A DNA stretch of 64,000 bases. It comes from an uncultured Gemmataceae bacterium (GTDB lineage: Bacteria > Planctomycetota > Planctomycetia > Gemmatales > Gemmataceae). The position numbers and the translations under genes were made by a program. The notes under the pieces are model-generated. The model worked only from the letters and a program-made list of their open reading frames with translations. It searched no databases and was not told where the DNA came from. Below, in pieces: positions 11,963 through 22,188 of this stretch (the stretch's first letter is position 1; each line of letters begins with the position of its first letter). Location: contig CAVVPN010000011.1 in NCBI GenBank assembly GCA_963750165.1, positions 2,112,001-2,176,000 on the forward strand, in the 5' to 3' direction.

Positions 11963-12882
11963 TCATTGCCGCGATTGCGCGAACGCCGCGCACAGCCGCA
12001 GATGCTGCTCCAGATCGAGCGTCTCGGCCCGCGCCGCGCCGTCAATGCCCAGGTCCGCCAGCCGCCGGTCCACCTCCGGCTTGGCGTCCTTGCGGCCCAG
12101 CAGCGCCGCCAGCGCCCGCGCAGGTTCTTGCGGCGGTGGGCGTACAGGTCGCGCAGGAACACCCGCAACGCGCCCGGGTCGCCGACGTGCGCCCGTTTGG
12201 CCGCGCTGGGCCGGATCAGCACCATCGCCGACTCCACCTTCGGCCGCGGCCAGAACACGCTCGGCGCCAGCTTGCGCACCAGGCTGACATCCGCGACGTT
12301 CTGCACCAGCACCGCCAGCGCCGCGTACGCCTTCTCGCCCGGTCGGGCCATGAGCCGCTCGGCGATCTCCCACTGCACCGTCACGACCATGCGTTCGAAC
12401 GGCAGGTCCGAGAGCAGGAAGTTGGTGATGACCGGCGTTGCCACCGAGTAGGGCAGGTTCGCCACCAATTTCAACCGCGCACACCCCGTGTCGCGCCGCA
12501 GCGTTGCCAACTCCTCCAGCACGCGCGGCCGCAGGTGGTTCTTGTTCTGCAGCACGTCGGAGTGGAGCAGCACGACGTTGGGCCGGTCGCCAACCACCCC
12601 GCGGGCCAGCGCGGCGAACGCCGGGTCAACCTCGACGCTGAGCACGGCGCCGGCCTGCTCGGCCAGCCGTGCCGTCAGGCTGCCGGTGCCGCTGCCGACC
12701 TCGACCGCCAGGTCGGATTTGTCCAGTTCGGCGGTGCGCAGCAGCACGTCGATCAGGTTGAGGTCGATCAGGAAATTCTGGCCGAGTTTGGCCTTCGGCC
12801 GGATGCCGTGCGCGGCGAACAGCTGTTGCAAGTACGACAGCGTTTGCCGCGGCGGCTGGACTGGGGAAGGGTCGTGCTCCAT
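11963..12882 (-). CDS. rsmA: 16S rRNA A1518/A1519 dimethyltransferase; frameshift near 12115
   Basis: KLGQNFLID, EVGSGTGSLT, VANLPY, FWPRPKVES, RRKNLR; C-terminus (RAETLDLEQH) is in another frame. Confidence 0.93.
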
Positions 12883-12901
12883 GAGCGGTCGCGGTTCCCT
12901 C

Positions 12902-13008
12902 GTTGTGGCCGGGTCTCCGGACCAGGCCACTGGGTTTGACCGAAGGTCTCCCTCCAGGAGGACACCTTCGGTCGTGGGAGTGGCCCGGTCGGGAGACCGG
13001 GCCACAAC
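12902..13008. repeat. Intergenic imperfect palindrome (REP-like)
   Basis: GTTGTGGCCGGGTCTCC...GGAGACCGGGCCACAAC with inner GACCGAAGGT/ACCTTCGGTC stem. Confidence 0.75.
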
Positions 13009-13041
13009 AGCTTCGGGACTCAGGACAAAATGCCCCGCACG

Positions 13042-13644
13042 CTACTGCGGACGGGGGAACGCCTCCAGCGCCTTGCAGACGTACTTGGCCAGCAGGTCCG
13101 TCTCCAGGTTGACACGTGCCCCCGGTCCCTTGCGGCCCAGGGTCGTGGCCGTCAGCGTGTGCGGGATTAGCATGACGCTGAAGTCCGTGGCCCCGACCTC
13201 TACCAGCGTCAGGCTGACGCCATCCACCGCGACCGAGCCCCTGGGCACCATCTGCCGCGTCAGCTCCGCCGCACAGCCGAACGCCGTGAACTCATAGTCG
13301 CCCTGCGGTTCGCGGCGGGTGATGCTGCCGACGCCATCCACATGTCCCTGGACGAGGTGGCCGCCGAGACGGTCGCTCACGCGCAGCGCCCGCTCGAGGT
13401 TGACGGCATCACCCGGCTGCAGATCGCCGAGGTTGGTGCGCAGCAGCGTCTCGGGGCCGACCTGGAAGCGGAACGTGTCGCGGTCACGCGCCACGACGGT
13501 CAGGCAGGCGCCGTTGACGGCGACGCTCTCACCGACGGTCAACTCCGCCGCGAGACCCGGCGCGGCAACGGTCAACAGCCGGCCGGCCCCTTGCTCGTGC
13601 AGGTGGCGCACCTCGCCCAGCGCTTCGACCAAGCCCGTGAACAT
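13042..13644 (-). CDS. ribE: Riboflavin synthase (alpha chain)
   Basis: MFTGLVE start, SVAVNGACLTV, VNLERAL, GGHLVQGHVDG, VNLETD. Confidence 0.96.
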   Translation of the reverse strand: MFTGLVEALGEVRHLHEQGAGRLLTVAAPGLAAELTVGESVAVNGACLTVVARDRDTFRFQVGPETLLRTNLGDLQPGDAVNLERALRVSDRLGGHLVQGHVDGVGSITRREPQGDYEFTAFGCAAELTRQMVPRGSVAVDGVSLTLVEVGATDFSVMLIPHTLTATTLGRKGPGARVNLETDLLAKYVCKALEAFPRPQ

Positions 13645-13675
13645 GACAGCATGGTAGGCGGCCTGGCGCGGCCTG

Positions 13676-14536
13676 TCAACGCACCGGTCCCTGTCCGGGT
13701 AGTGCCTCGTCGAGGCCCGGCGCCGGCAGTGGCCGCGACCGCAACGCCCGGCCGAGCAGGTAACGCAGCGGCACACCGACGGCATACAGCCAGCAGAACA
13801 GCACCACCGCCAGTTCGCGGACGATGACGGTGACGACGAGCATGAGCACCACCTGGACGAGGTGGCCGAAGTGGTGCCGGCCGCGGATGAGCTGGCGCGT
13901 CAGGTGCGGGTACGGCAACCGCGACACCATCAGCAGCGCCACCACCACCGCCCCGAGCGGGGCCGCCACCTCGACCAGGCGGCGAACGGTGCGGCGGATG
14001 TGTTCGGGGTCGGCGTCGGGGAAGTGGGCGGCGAGCTTGCCGGGCAGTTCGCCGAAGAGGATGGCCAGCGCCGCCAGGCAGGCGGCGGCGCCCGGCGACG
14101 GCAGACCGCGGAAGCGTTTCGGACTGGTCGTTTCGGTGCTGCTCTCGATGTTGAAGCGCGCCAGGCGCAGGACGACGCACACCAGGTACAGGATGGCGAC
14201 GCCGTACAGCGCCTGAGACAGCAGCGGCGCGGACTCGGAATTGGGGCCGAGGCGCAGCAGCAGGAACGCCGGGGCGACGCCGAAGCTGACCGCGTCGCAC
14301 AGGCTGTCCAGCTCCGCGCCGAACTTGCTGGTGGTGCGCGACAGGCGGGCCGCGTAGCCGTCCAGGGCGTCGCAGAGCATGGCGGCCAGGATCAGCCAGC
14401 CGCTCCAGGCGAAGTTTGGATCGACGGCCGTCCCCGTCTCCGGGCCGCCGATGCGGCTGGCGCAGACCAGGGCCGCGAAACCACAGACGCCGTTGCCCAG
14501 CGTCAACAAGGTCGGAAGGATGGCGAGTCTTTTCAC
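13676..14536 (-). CDS. pssA: CDP-diacylglycerol--serine O-phosphatidyltransferase
   Basis: DALDGYAAR...FGAELDSLCDAVSFGVAPA, RLARFN, FRGLPSP. Confidence 0.9.
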   Translation of the reverse strand: MKRLAILPTLLTLGNGVCGFAALVCASRIGGPETGTAVDPNFAWSGWLILAAMLCDALDGYAARLSRTTSKFGAELDSLCDAVSFGVAPAFLLLRLGPNSESAPLLSQALYGVAILYLVCVVLRLARFNIESSTETTSPKRFRGLPSPGAAACLAALAILFGELPGKLAAHFPDADPEHIRRTVRRLVEVAAPLGAVVVALLMVSRLPYPHLTRQLIRGRHHFGHLVQVVLMLVVTVIVRELAVVLFCWLYAVGVPLRYLLGRALRSRPLPAPGLDEALPGQGPVR

Positions 14537-14772
14537 GGGTGCATCCGTCGCAGGGAGTTGGTGATCGCTAACACTCCGAACCGAATCAGGGGATAAAGAT
14601 ACGATGAAGAAACGATGTCAACCAGAGGTGTGCGAAAATATGGTGAAGAGCGCGCCCCCGCTTGCGCTCCCTCGGGGCCGGTTGCCGGGCGGATGACCGT
14701 TGTCAACCGGCACGTCAGGGATTAAGGTGAATACTCCACCGCGGACGAGCGCGGGCCGCACCCTGGTCGAGT

Positions 14773-17700
14773 ATGCCGATGAAGAACACCCTGGCGAACC
14801 CCTCCCTGGCGGAGCAGCTGGACCGGCAGACATCTGCCGCGGCCGCCGCCCTGGTCCGCGCCGAAGGCGACCGCCTCCGCTGCCTGGCCTGCGGCCACCG
14901 CTGTCTGCTCGGCGCCGACCAGCGCGGCATCTGCAAGGTGCGCTTTCGCGACCAGGACGAGTTGCGGGTGCCCTTCGGCTACGTCGCTGGCCTGCAGTGC
15001 GACCCCGTCGAGAAGAAGCCGTTCTTCCACGTCTACCCCGGCAGCGACGCCCTCACCTTCGGGATGATGGGATGTGACCTGCACTGCTCCTACTGCTTCA
15101 CGGGTGATACCCAGGTGGTGACCGACCGCGGACCCATCACGCTGGCCGAGGCGTTCGCGCTCGCGGAGCGGGTGGAGAAAACGCACGATGCCGAGGTCGC
15201 CTTCCCAGACGGTTTGCACGCGGTTGCCGCCTCAGGCACGTTACGGAGGGTGCGCGGTGTTTTTCGGCATCGGTATCGCGGGCCGCTCACGGTCCTTCGC
15301 CCCTACTACCTGCCCGCGCTGCGCTGCACCCCGGATCACCGCGTTTATGCGACCGACGACGTAACCCGCCCGCCGGAACTGATTCGCGCAGGGCAGTTGA
15401 CGGCGGCGCATTACCTCGCCATCCCGCGCCATTACGCCTTCGGCAAAAATCAGGTTGTAGACGTGGCGCAGGAACTCGCGGCGCACGGCGTCACCTATCG
15501 TGTTCCCTGGGACCTGCCCGCGGAAACCAGGCAGGCCCTCGCCGAAGCGACGGCACGGGGAGAAACCTCCCGGCAGATCGGCGCCAGGCTGGACAAACAC
15601 CCGTCATACATCCGGCACGTGCGCAGCAAACTGCAGCGCGGCCGCGCCACGGACACACGCACGGCCGGGATGATCCTCGAAGGGGGGACGGTGCGCTTCC
15701 CGAACGAACACCGTCCAGGGATCGCCGCGCAGTTACCGCTCGACGTCGATCTGGCGCGCCTGCTCGGTTATTACTGCGCCGAGGGTTGGGTCAGCGGCAG
15801 CACAAACCGGCCCAATAGCCACACCCTCAATTTCAGCTTTTCGCACGGCGAGGCGGATCTGGTTGCGGAGATCTGCGAACTGCTCAAGCGTTGCCTGGGC
15901 GTCAAACCGCTGCGCGTTCGTCGCGACACGACTTTGGCGGTCAGCGTCTCCAGGACTTCTGCTGCTCTGCTTTTCAAATACCTGGCCGGTTCCCGATCCG
16001 GTGGCAAGCGCGTCCCCCGGCAGTTGTTCGAGGCACCCCGCGAAATCATCGAAGCCTTCCTGGAGGCATACCGCCGCGGCGACGGCCATCGGTATGCCAA
16101 TGGCAAGACGGGAGCCACCACGGTTTCCCGGCAACTTGCGCACGGGATCGCCTGGCTGGCGCTGCGACTCGGCTACCTTCCTTCGATATACGACACGCCC
16201 ATGTCCGAAACGGGGTTCCTCCAGGGACGCCCGGTCAAGCGGTCCGCGCATCAGTATTCCGTCGTCTGGTACGTCGATAGCCTGGTGGCCCGCAAGGTGG
16301 TCGAGACGGAAGCATTCCACCTCATCCCGCTGCGTGAAAGCACCACGCTCGACCACGACAGCGACGTGTACAACATGGAGGTGGAGGAAGAACACAACTA
16401 TCTGGCCGGCTTCTTTCTCGTTTCCAACTGTCAAAACTGGATCACGAGCCAGGCGCTGCGCGACGAGTCCGCCGTCGCCCCGGTGCGACTGGTGACGCCG
16501 GTGCAGCTGATCGAGGTGGGCCGCCGCGAGCGTGCCCGCCTGGTCGTCTCCAGCTACAACGAGCCGCTCATCACCGCCGAGTGGGCCGTCGCCGTCTTCG
16601 AGCAAGCAACCAAAGCGGGCCTGGCGTGCGCCTTCGTCTCCAACGGCAATGCCACGCCGGAAGTGCTCGACTTCCTCCGCCCCTGGGTCTGCGCCTACAA
16701 GATCGATCTGAAGACGTTCAACGACCGCCATTATCGCAAGCTGGGCGGCACCCTCGACAGCATCACCGCCGCCGTCCGCATGGTCCACGCGCGCGGCATC
16801 TGGCTGGAGGTCGTCACCCTCGTCATCCCCGGCTTCAACGACAGCGACGACGAACTGCGCCAGACCGCCCGCTTCCTGGCGTCCGTCAGCCCCGACATCC
16901 CCTGGCATGTGACGGCGTTCCACAAGGACTACCGCATGACCGACCCCGAGGCGACGCCGGCCGCCACCCTGGTCCGCGCCGCCGAGATCGGCACCGCCGC
17001 GGGGCTGCGCTTCGTCTACGCCGGCAACCTGCCCGGCCGCGTCGGCCCCTGGGAGGACACGCGCTGCCCCGCGTGCCACGCCACCGTCATCGAGCGCACC
17101 GGCTATCTGATCCGCGCCTACCGCCTCGGCAGCGACGGCAGCTGCCCGCGCTGCCGGTTCCAGCTGCCCGGCGTCTGGCCGGGCGCCGGCGACATCGTCA
17201 AGACCGGCAACGACCACACCGCCTACCTGAGCCGGCTGCCCCGGCCGGTGGCCCCCGCCCCGGCGCCCCTGTCTGCACTGCAGGACCGCCGCCAGGGGCT
17301 CCCCCTTGTCCCGCCGCCCGACGGAGGAATGCCAGCGATGATTGCAACGACCCCCGCCGCCCCCGCCGTGGGCGGACGCCCCGACCTCGGCCCCGAGCAC
17401 CGGCACAGCGTCCTCGCCGCCGCCACCGCCCTGCTGCGCCAGGTGGTGGGCGGCCAAGCCGCGGCCTTCCCCGCCGAGCACGCCGCCGTGGCCGACCTGC
17501 CCGTGGCCGGCGCCTTCGTCAGCCTCAAACGCGGCCGCCACCTGCGTGCCTGCTGCGGTTCGCTCGGCCCGCCCCAGCCGCTGCACCGGGCCCTGGTCCA
17601 CGCCGCCGACCGCGCCGTCTGGGAGGACGAACGCTTCCCGCCGGTGTCCGCCACCGAACTGGGCCACCTTGACCTGGAGGTCTGGCTCCTCTTCGACCCG

Positions 17701-19347
17701 CAGCCGGTCCACGCCCGCGGCCCCGACCGCGCCCGCGCCGTCACCCCGGGCAAGCACGGCGTCAAGGTCGTGCGCGGCCAGGCGGGCGGCCTGTTCCTAC
17801 CGAGCGTCGCCGTGGAGCACCAGTGGGACGCCGACACCCTGCTCGACCGCGTCTGCCTCAAGGCCGGGCTGCCCGCCTCCGCCTGGCGCGAGGACGACAC
17901 CGCCGTGTTCACCTTCGAGGGTGACGTGCTGCACGCCCCGCTGGCAGAATCCCACGAACCGCCGCCGGCGCCGGGTCCGTGCGCACCGGCGGACCTGGAG
18001 ACGCTGACGGGCCTGTGCCGCCGCAACCTGGCGGACCTGCTGCGCGGCGCCGCGCCGTGCTATTTCTTCGGCGCCGCGGACGGGTGGCTGAACGGCCTGG
18101 TCCTGTGTGTGCAGGAGCCCGGCGGCAGCGTGCTCACCTTCAGCCGGCTGTCGCTGCGGCCCGGCCTGGCCCTGCAGGCGAGCCTGTTCGGTCTGGTCCA
18201 GGCGGCCGCCCAGCACCTGGCGGCGCGCGGCACGCCGGCCGACGCAGCCGACGGCCTGGACGTGGGGTTGGCGCTGCTGTACGATCCGGTCCTGCACGGC
18301 ACCGTCGCCGACCCGCACCTGGCCGGGCTGGACCCGCGCGGCCGCGCCGCCCTGGTGCTGGAGCGCCACCACAGCGGCCTGGTGTTCGATCCGGGCTCCT
18401 CGGCCGCGGACCTGGTGCAGGGGGCGGCGGCGGCGGCGCGAGTGGGCCGGCCCGACGGCGCCCAGGTGGTGAGCCTGGCGGCGCTGACGAACCTGAGCCG
18501 CTTCCAGGTGGCGACGGTGACGCAGCCGGAGCGGGGCCCGGAGGTGCGGCCCGCCGCGGCGGCCGGCCGGTTCTACCCCGGCGACGCCGCCGGCCTGGCC
18601 GCGGCCGTGGACCAGCTGCTTGCCGGCGGCCGCAGCCCGGTGCCGTGGGCGGCGGCAATGGTGCCGCACGCCGGCTGGCGCTTCTCGGGGCGGATCGCCG
18701 CCGACGTGCTCCGGCGGCTACAGATCCCGCGCACGGTCATCGTGCTCGGCCCCAACCACACCGGCCGCGGCATGGACTGGGCGGTCACACCGCAGCAGAC
18801 GTGGGCGCTGCCCGGCGGGAGCGTCGCCGCGGACTTCCTGCTGGCGCGGCAGTTGAGCCAGGCCATCCCCGGCCTGGAAATGGACGCGGCGGCGCACTGG
18901 CAGGAGCACGCCATCGAGGTCGAGCTACCGCTGCTGGCGCGGCTGGCCCCGGAGTGCCGCGTGGTGGGCATCAGCATTGCGCAGGGCGACCTGGAGGACT
19001 GCCGGCGGTTCGCCCGCGGCCTGGCGGAGCTGCTCCGCGGCCGCGCGGATCGGCCGCTGCTGCTCGTCTCCAGTGACATGAACCACTTCGCCAGCGACGC
19101 CGAGACGCGCCGCCTGGACGCGCTGGCGCTGGCCGCGCTGGAGCGCTGCGACGCGGCGGGGCTGTACGAAACGGTGCAGCGCCACCACATCAGCATGTGC
19201 GGCGTGTTGCCGGCGGTGATCGTGCTGCAGACGCTGCAGCTGCTGGGCGGCGGCACGCGGGCGGAGCGCGTCGGTTACGCCACGACCGCGGACGTGACCG
19301 GGGACCGCAGCCGCGTGGTCGGCTACGCCGGCATGCTGTTCGACTGA
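14773..19347 (+). CDS. amrS: AmmeMemoRadiSam radical SAM enzyme with intein, in one ORF with AMMECR1 (AmrA) and Memo (AmrB) domains
   Basis: DPVEKKPFFH, GCDLHCSY|CQNW, YNEP; GAFVSL..LRACCG and GLFLPSVA (AMMECR1); VRPAAAAGRFYP, PHAGW, EHAIEVELP, SSDMNH (Memo). Confidence 0.9.
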   Translation: MPMKNTLANPSLAEQLDRQTSAAAAALVRAEGDRLRCLACGHRCLLGADQRGICKVRFRDQDELRVPFGYVAGLQCDPVEKKPFFHVYPGSDALTFGMMGCDLHCSYCFTGDTQVVTDRGPITLAEAFALAERVEKTHDAEVAFPDGLHAVAASGTLRRVRGVFRHRYRGPLTVLRPYYLPALRCTPDHRVYATDDVTRPPELIRAGQLTAAHYLAIPRHYAFGKNQVVDVAQELAAHGVTYRVPWDLPAETRQALAEATARGETSRQIGARLDKHPSYIRHVRSKLQRGRATDTRTAGMILEGGTVRFPNEHRPGIAAQLPLDVDLARLLGYYCAEGWVSGSTNRPNSHTLNFSFSHGEADLVAEICELLKRCLGVKPLRVRRDTTLAVSVSRTSAALLFKYLAGSRSGGKRVPRQLFEAPREIIEAFLEAYRRGDGHRYANGKTGATTVSRQLAHGIAWLALRLGYLPSIYDTPMSETGFLQGRPVKRSAHQYSVVWYVDSLVARKVVETEAFHLIPLRESTTLDHDSDVYNMEVEEEHNYLAGFFLVSNCQNWITSQALRDESAVAPVRLVTPVQLIEVGRRERARLVVSSYNEPLITAEWAVAVFEQATKAGLACAFVSNGNATPEVLDFLRPWVCAYKIDLKTFNDRHYRKLGGTLDSITAAVRMVHARGIWLEVVTLVIPGFNDSDDELRQTARFLASVSPDIPWHVTAFHKDYRMTDPEATPAATLVRAAEIGTAAGLRFVYAGNLPGRVGPWEDTRCPACHATVIERTGYLIRAYRLGSDGSCPRCRFQLPGVWPGAGDIVKTGNDHTAYLSRLPRPVAPAPAPLSALQDRRQGLPLVPPPDGGMPAMIATTPAAPAVGGRPDLGPEHRHSVLAAATALLRQVVGGQAAAFPAEHAAVADLPVAGAFVSLKRGRHLRACCGSLGPPQPLHRALVHAADRAVWEDERFPPVSATELGHLDLEVWLLFDPQPVHARGPDRARAVTPGKHGVKVVRGQAGGLFLPSVAVEHQWDADTLLDRVCLKAGLPASAWREDDTAVFTFEGDVLHAPLAESHEPPPAPGPCAPADLETLTGLCRRNLADLLRGAAPCYFFGAADGWLNGLVLCVQEPGGSVLTFSRLSLRPGLALQASLFGLVQAAAQHLAARGTPADAADGLDVGLALLYDPVLHGTVADPHLAGLDPRGRAALVLERHHSGLVFDPGSSAADLVQGAAAAARVGRPDGAQVVSLAALTNLSRFQVATVTQPERGPEVRPAAAAGRFYPGDAAGLAAAVDQLLAGGRSPVPWAAAMVPHAGWRFSGRIAADVLRRLQIPRTVIVLGPNHTGRGMDWAVTPQQTWALPGGSVAADFLLARQLSQAIPGLEMDAAAHWQEHAIEVELPLLARLAPECRVVGISIAQGDLEDCRRFARGLAELLRGRADRPLLLVSSDMNHFASDAETRRLDALALAALERCDAAGLYETVQRHHISMCGVLPAVIVLQTLQLLGGGTRAERVGYATTADVTGDRSRVVGYAGMLFD
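15094..16428 (+). other. Intein (445 aa) with LAGLIDADG homing endonuclease in amrS
   Basis: Starts CFTGDTQV, block B CTPDHRVY, LLGYYCAEG and FLEAYRRGDG, ends VYNMEVEEEHNYLAGFFLVSN/C. Confidence 0.93.
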
Positions 19348-19439
19348 GTCAGCCGGTCCAATGTTGGAGCTGGCCAGGCCCTTTGCATGACGGCCCGTAG
19401 CACCGCCAGCGCGTCACTCCTCCCCAGGGGGAACTGCCA

Positions 19440-21041
19440 ATGAACTGGTATGGCTGGACAGCGCGCGCGTCCCTGGCCGCTCTCGCCGCGGTGGCCGCGC
19501 TCCTCGCCTTCTCCCGCGGGAGCTTTCCGGAGTCGGCCGGGGGCGATGTCCAGCCGGAAGCGGCCGGCATCTGGGCCGGGATCCGGGTCCTCGACGCGGC
19601 CAGCGGCCGGGCCGTGCCGCTGGTTGAACTGGAGACGGTGAACGGTCTGAAGTTCGTCACCGACAACGACGGCCGGGTGGCGTTCCACGAACCGGGGCTG
19701 ATGGGCCGCGCGGTGTTCTTCTCCGTCCGCAGCCACGGCTACGAAGTCCGCAAGGACGGGTTCGGCTACGCTGGCGTTCGCGTTACGCCGCGGGCCGGCA
19801 AGACGGTGGAGATCAAGGTTACCCGAAGGATCCTCGCCGAACGCCTGTGCCGGCTGACCGGAGAAGGGCTTTACCGGGACAGCCTGTTACTGGGTCACAA
19901 ACCGCCCCTCCCCGCGTCCCCCCACCCCGGCCGCGTGGCCGGCCAGGATTCCGTTCAGGCGGCCGTCTACCGGGACAGGGTGTACTGGTTCTGGGGCGAC
20001 ACCAACCGGATGGATTACCCGCTCGGACTATTTCGCACTGCCGGGGCGACCACCCCGGTTCCCGACCCGAAGAACCCAAAGAGCGACCCGGCCAACGGCA
20101 TTGCCTACGACTACTTCACGGACCCCAAAACAGGCTTTGCCCGCGCGATGATGCCGCTGGCGGAGCGCCCCGAAGGGGTGGTGTGGGTCAGCGCTGTCTG
20201 CGTCGTGCCGGATGGGAAAGGGACGGACAAACTCGTCTGCCACTACTCAAGGCGCAAGGGACTGGCGAAGGAACTGGAGCAAGGGATCGCGATTTTCGAT
20301 GACGAGAAGGCCGTGTTCAAGCCGGCCGTGCAACTGCCGCTGACCGAGAGTTGGCGGCGGCCGCAGGGCCACCCGATCCTCCACGAAGAAGGGGGAACCC
20401 AATGGCTGTTGTTCGGCAGCCCGACCCCGAACGTTCGCGTGGCCGCCACGCTGAAGGCGGTTCTCGACCCGACCCAGTACGAGGCGTTCACCTGTTTCCG
20501 GGCCGTCGCTGGCAAGCCACAGGGGCCGGACCTCGGGAAAGACGGCAAACCGGTTTGGCGGTGGCAAAAGGAACTGCCGCCGGTCAATTCGCGTGTGGAG
20601 CAGCGGTGGGTGAAGGCGAAGAAGCTGAATCCTGAGCACGCGCGGTTTTTGCCGGCCGATGCCGCCGCCCCCGCAGACCGGGTGGTGCTGCACAGTGGGT
20701 CGGTGCGCTGGAACGGCTACCGGAAGCGGTGGGTGCTGGTGGCCGGGCAGGTCGATGGCAAGACGTCCTTCCTGGGGGAGGTGTGGTACGCCGAGGCGCA
20801 CAGCCCCCTGGGCCCGTTCACCCGGGCCGTGAAGGTGCTGACGCACGATCGGCAATCGTTCTACAACGTTTGTCACCACGCATTCCTGGACCGCGACGGA
20901 GGCAGGACGATCCACTTCGAGGGGACGTACACCAACGACTTCTCGGGAAACCCCGAGAAGACGCCGCGCTACAACTATAACCAGGTGCTTTATCGGCTCG
21001 ATCTGGGGGCGGCGGGGTTGCGGGCCGCCCGCGTCGAGTGA
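19440..21041 (+). CDS. Secreted conserved hypothetical protein
   Basis: 533-aa ORF, signal peptide, WFWGDT motif, YNYNQVLYRLDL end. Confidence 0.8.
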   Translation: MNWYGWTARASLAALAAVAALLAFSRGSFPESAGGDVQPEAAGIWAGIRVLDAASGRAVPLVELETVNGLKFVTDNDGRVAFHEPGLMGRAVFFSVRSHGYEVRKDGFGYAGVRVTPRAGKTVEIKVTRRILAERLCRLTGEGLYRDSLLLGHKPPLPASPHPGRVAGQDSVQAAVYRDRVYWFWGDTNRMDYPLGLFRTAGATTPVPDPKNPKSDPANGIAYDYFTDPKTGFARAMMPLAERPEGVVWVSAVCVVPDGKGTDKLVCHYSRRKGLAKELEQGIAIFDDEKAVFKPAVQLPLTESWRRPQGHPILHEEGGTQWLLFGSPTPNVRVAATLKAVLDPTQYEAFTCFRAVAGKPQGPDLGKDGKPVWRWQKELPPVNSRVEQRWVKAKKLNPEHARFLPADAAAPADRVVLHSGSVRWNGYRKRWVLVAGQVDGKTSFLGEVWYAEAHSPLGPFTRAVKVLTHDRQSFYNVCHHAFLDRDGGRTIHFEGTYTNDFSGNPEKTPRYNYNQVLYRLDLGAAGLRAARVE

Positions 21042-21088
21042 GGCGCCGTCCTGGCCGATGCCTTTCCTCTCGGCGTCCGTCAGACCAT

Positions 21089-21125
21089 GTTCTCCACGGT
21101 CTTCGTGCCGTGGCCCCATTGAAGC
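21089..21125 (+). CRISPR. Solitary CRISPR-like repeat (no array)
   Basis: GTTCTCCACGGTCTTCGTGCCGTGGCCCCATTGAAGC: 37 nt, CCACGG/CCGTGG stem, ATTGAAGC end; only one copy seen. Confidence 0.55.
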
Positions 21126-21208
21126 CTGTTCAGACAGTGCCAGATGGTCGTTAAGAACGTTCGGAAGCAAAGAACCACGGAGCACACGGGAGCACGTAGC
21201 GCCCGGGG

Positions 21209-21268
21209 GTAGCGGAACTCGCCAGACTTCCGAGCGGCGTCGGACGGAAGTCTGGCGACTTCCGCTAC
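21209..21268. repeat. REP-like palindrome (GTAGCGGAAGTCGCCAGACTTCCG family), copy 1
   Basis: 24-bp arms with one mismatch; second copy at 24208. Confidence 0.85.
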
Positions 21269-21390
21269 TCCCCAACGCCGCGCGCTAACCATGTTCTATC
21301 TTCATCCGTGGGATCCGTGGTTCCCGCTTTCCGAACGCGCTAAACCGCCAGCGGCGGCATAGAAGTTGGCCTGTGAAAAACCCCTTCTTG

Positions 21391-22188
21391 CTACTTCTCC
21401 TTTTGCTTACCATCGGCGTTGTCCAGAACAGGGAGAGGAATTGCTCTGATGACAGGAGTCGTGATTGCGGACAGCGCTTCTTCCGCTGCGTTGCGATCCT
21501 TAAATTTCCCCGCTTGCATATCCTGCCAGAATGGTTCCGTGGCCTTTTCCACTGCGGCACGCACCGTTCTGCAGTAAAGTTCCATCCTGGCAAATGCTGC
21601 GGCAGCTCTATCAAAATTCACCTCAGACACGGTGACTTCTGCCTCCCTTCCATCCGGCCCTTTCTTGATGATCTTCTCGCCCGTGGTATCCGCTGCGAAG
21701 AGCGCGATTTTCCAGGCACCACACTCCTGGACTGCAAGCCACTTTGATTCCAGCACGTAAGGACGGTGGAGTCCAGGCGGCCTCCATCGATTTGCGTCGG
21801 TCGTCCAAACGGTCAAAATCACCTTGCCGTCCGTGCGATTTTCTTTGTCAACGACCTGGATGATTTCCCGTTCCCTCAGCGCGTCCAAAAATGAGTGCTC
21901 CGGAGACGGGTTGCGGCTTTTGCCGAACTGTGCATCGAACGTCTTGTGCCAGTCCCTTTCCAGCGCCTCAAAGGCAATTTCTTCGCGGAGGGCTTCAAAA
22001 GCGGGTGACCCAAGTTGACTGAGAAACTGTTCCGCGTCACCTGCCCGAATGGCCGTCATCAGGTTTTGCACCGCCTCTTCCGGCGACTTCGCCGGCGGCA
22101 GTTGCTCGCCGGCCTGTCCCGGGGCAACGGCCAGCAGCATCGACACCACCAGTCCAGCGAAAACGGCCAGCTTGCGCAAACGGGGCAT
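21391..22188 (-). CDS. Secreted hypothetical protein
   Basis: Signal peptide MPRLRKLAVFAGLVVSMLLAVAPGQA, SPEEAVQNLMTAIRAGD. Confidence 0.7.
   Translation of the reverse strand: MPRLRKLAVFAGLVVSMLLAVAPGQAGEQLPPAKSPEEAVQNLMTAIRAGDAEQFLSQLGSPAFEALREEIAFEALERDWHKTFDAQFGKSRNPSPEHSFLDALREREIIQVVDKENRTDGKVILTVWTTDANRWRPPGLHRPYVLESKWLAVQECGAWKIALFAADTTGEKIIKKGPDGREAEVTVSEVNFDRAAAAFARMELYCRTVRAAVEKATEPFWQDMQAGKFKDRNAAEEALSAITTPVIRAIPLPVLDNADGKQKEK

Noticed and set aside
10588..12939. Long antisense or overlapping ORFs (for example 10588-12939, 15733-17757, 53458-55353, 55037-56890)
   Set aside because: Shadow ORFs opposite well-supported genes in high-GC DNA.
21041..21200. Full CRISPR array
   Set aside because: Only one repeat unit is recognisable and no cas genes are present.
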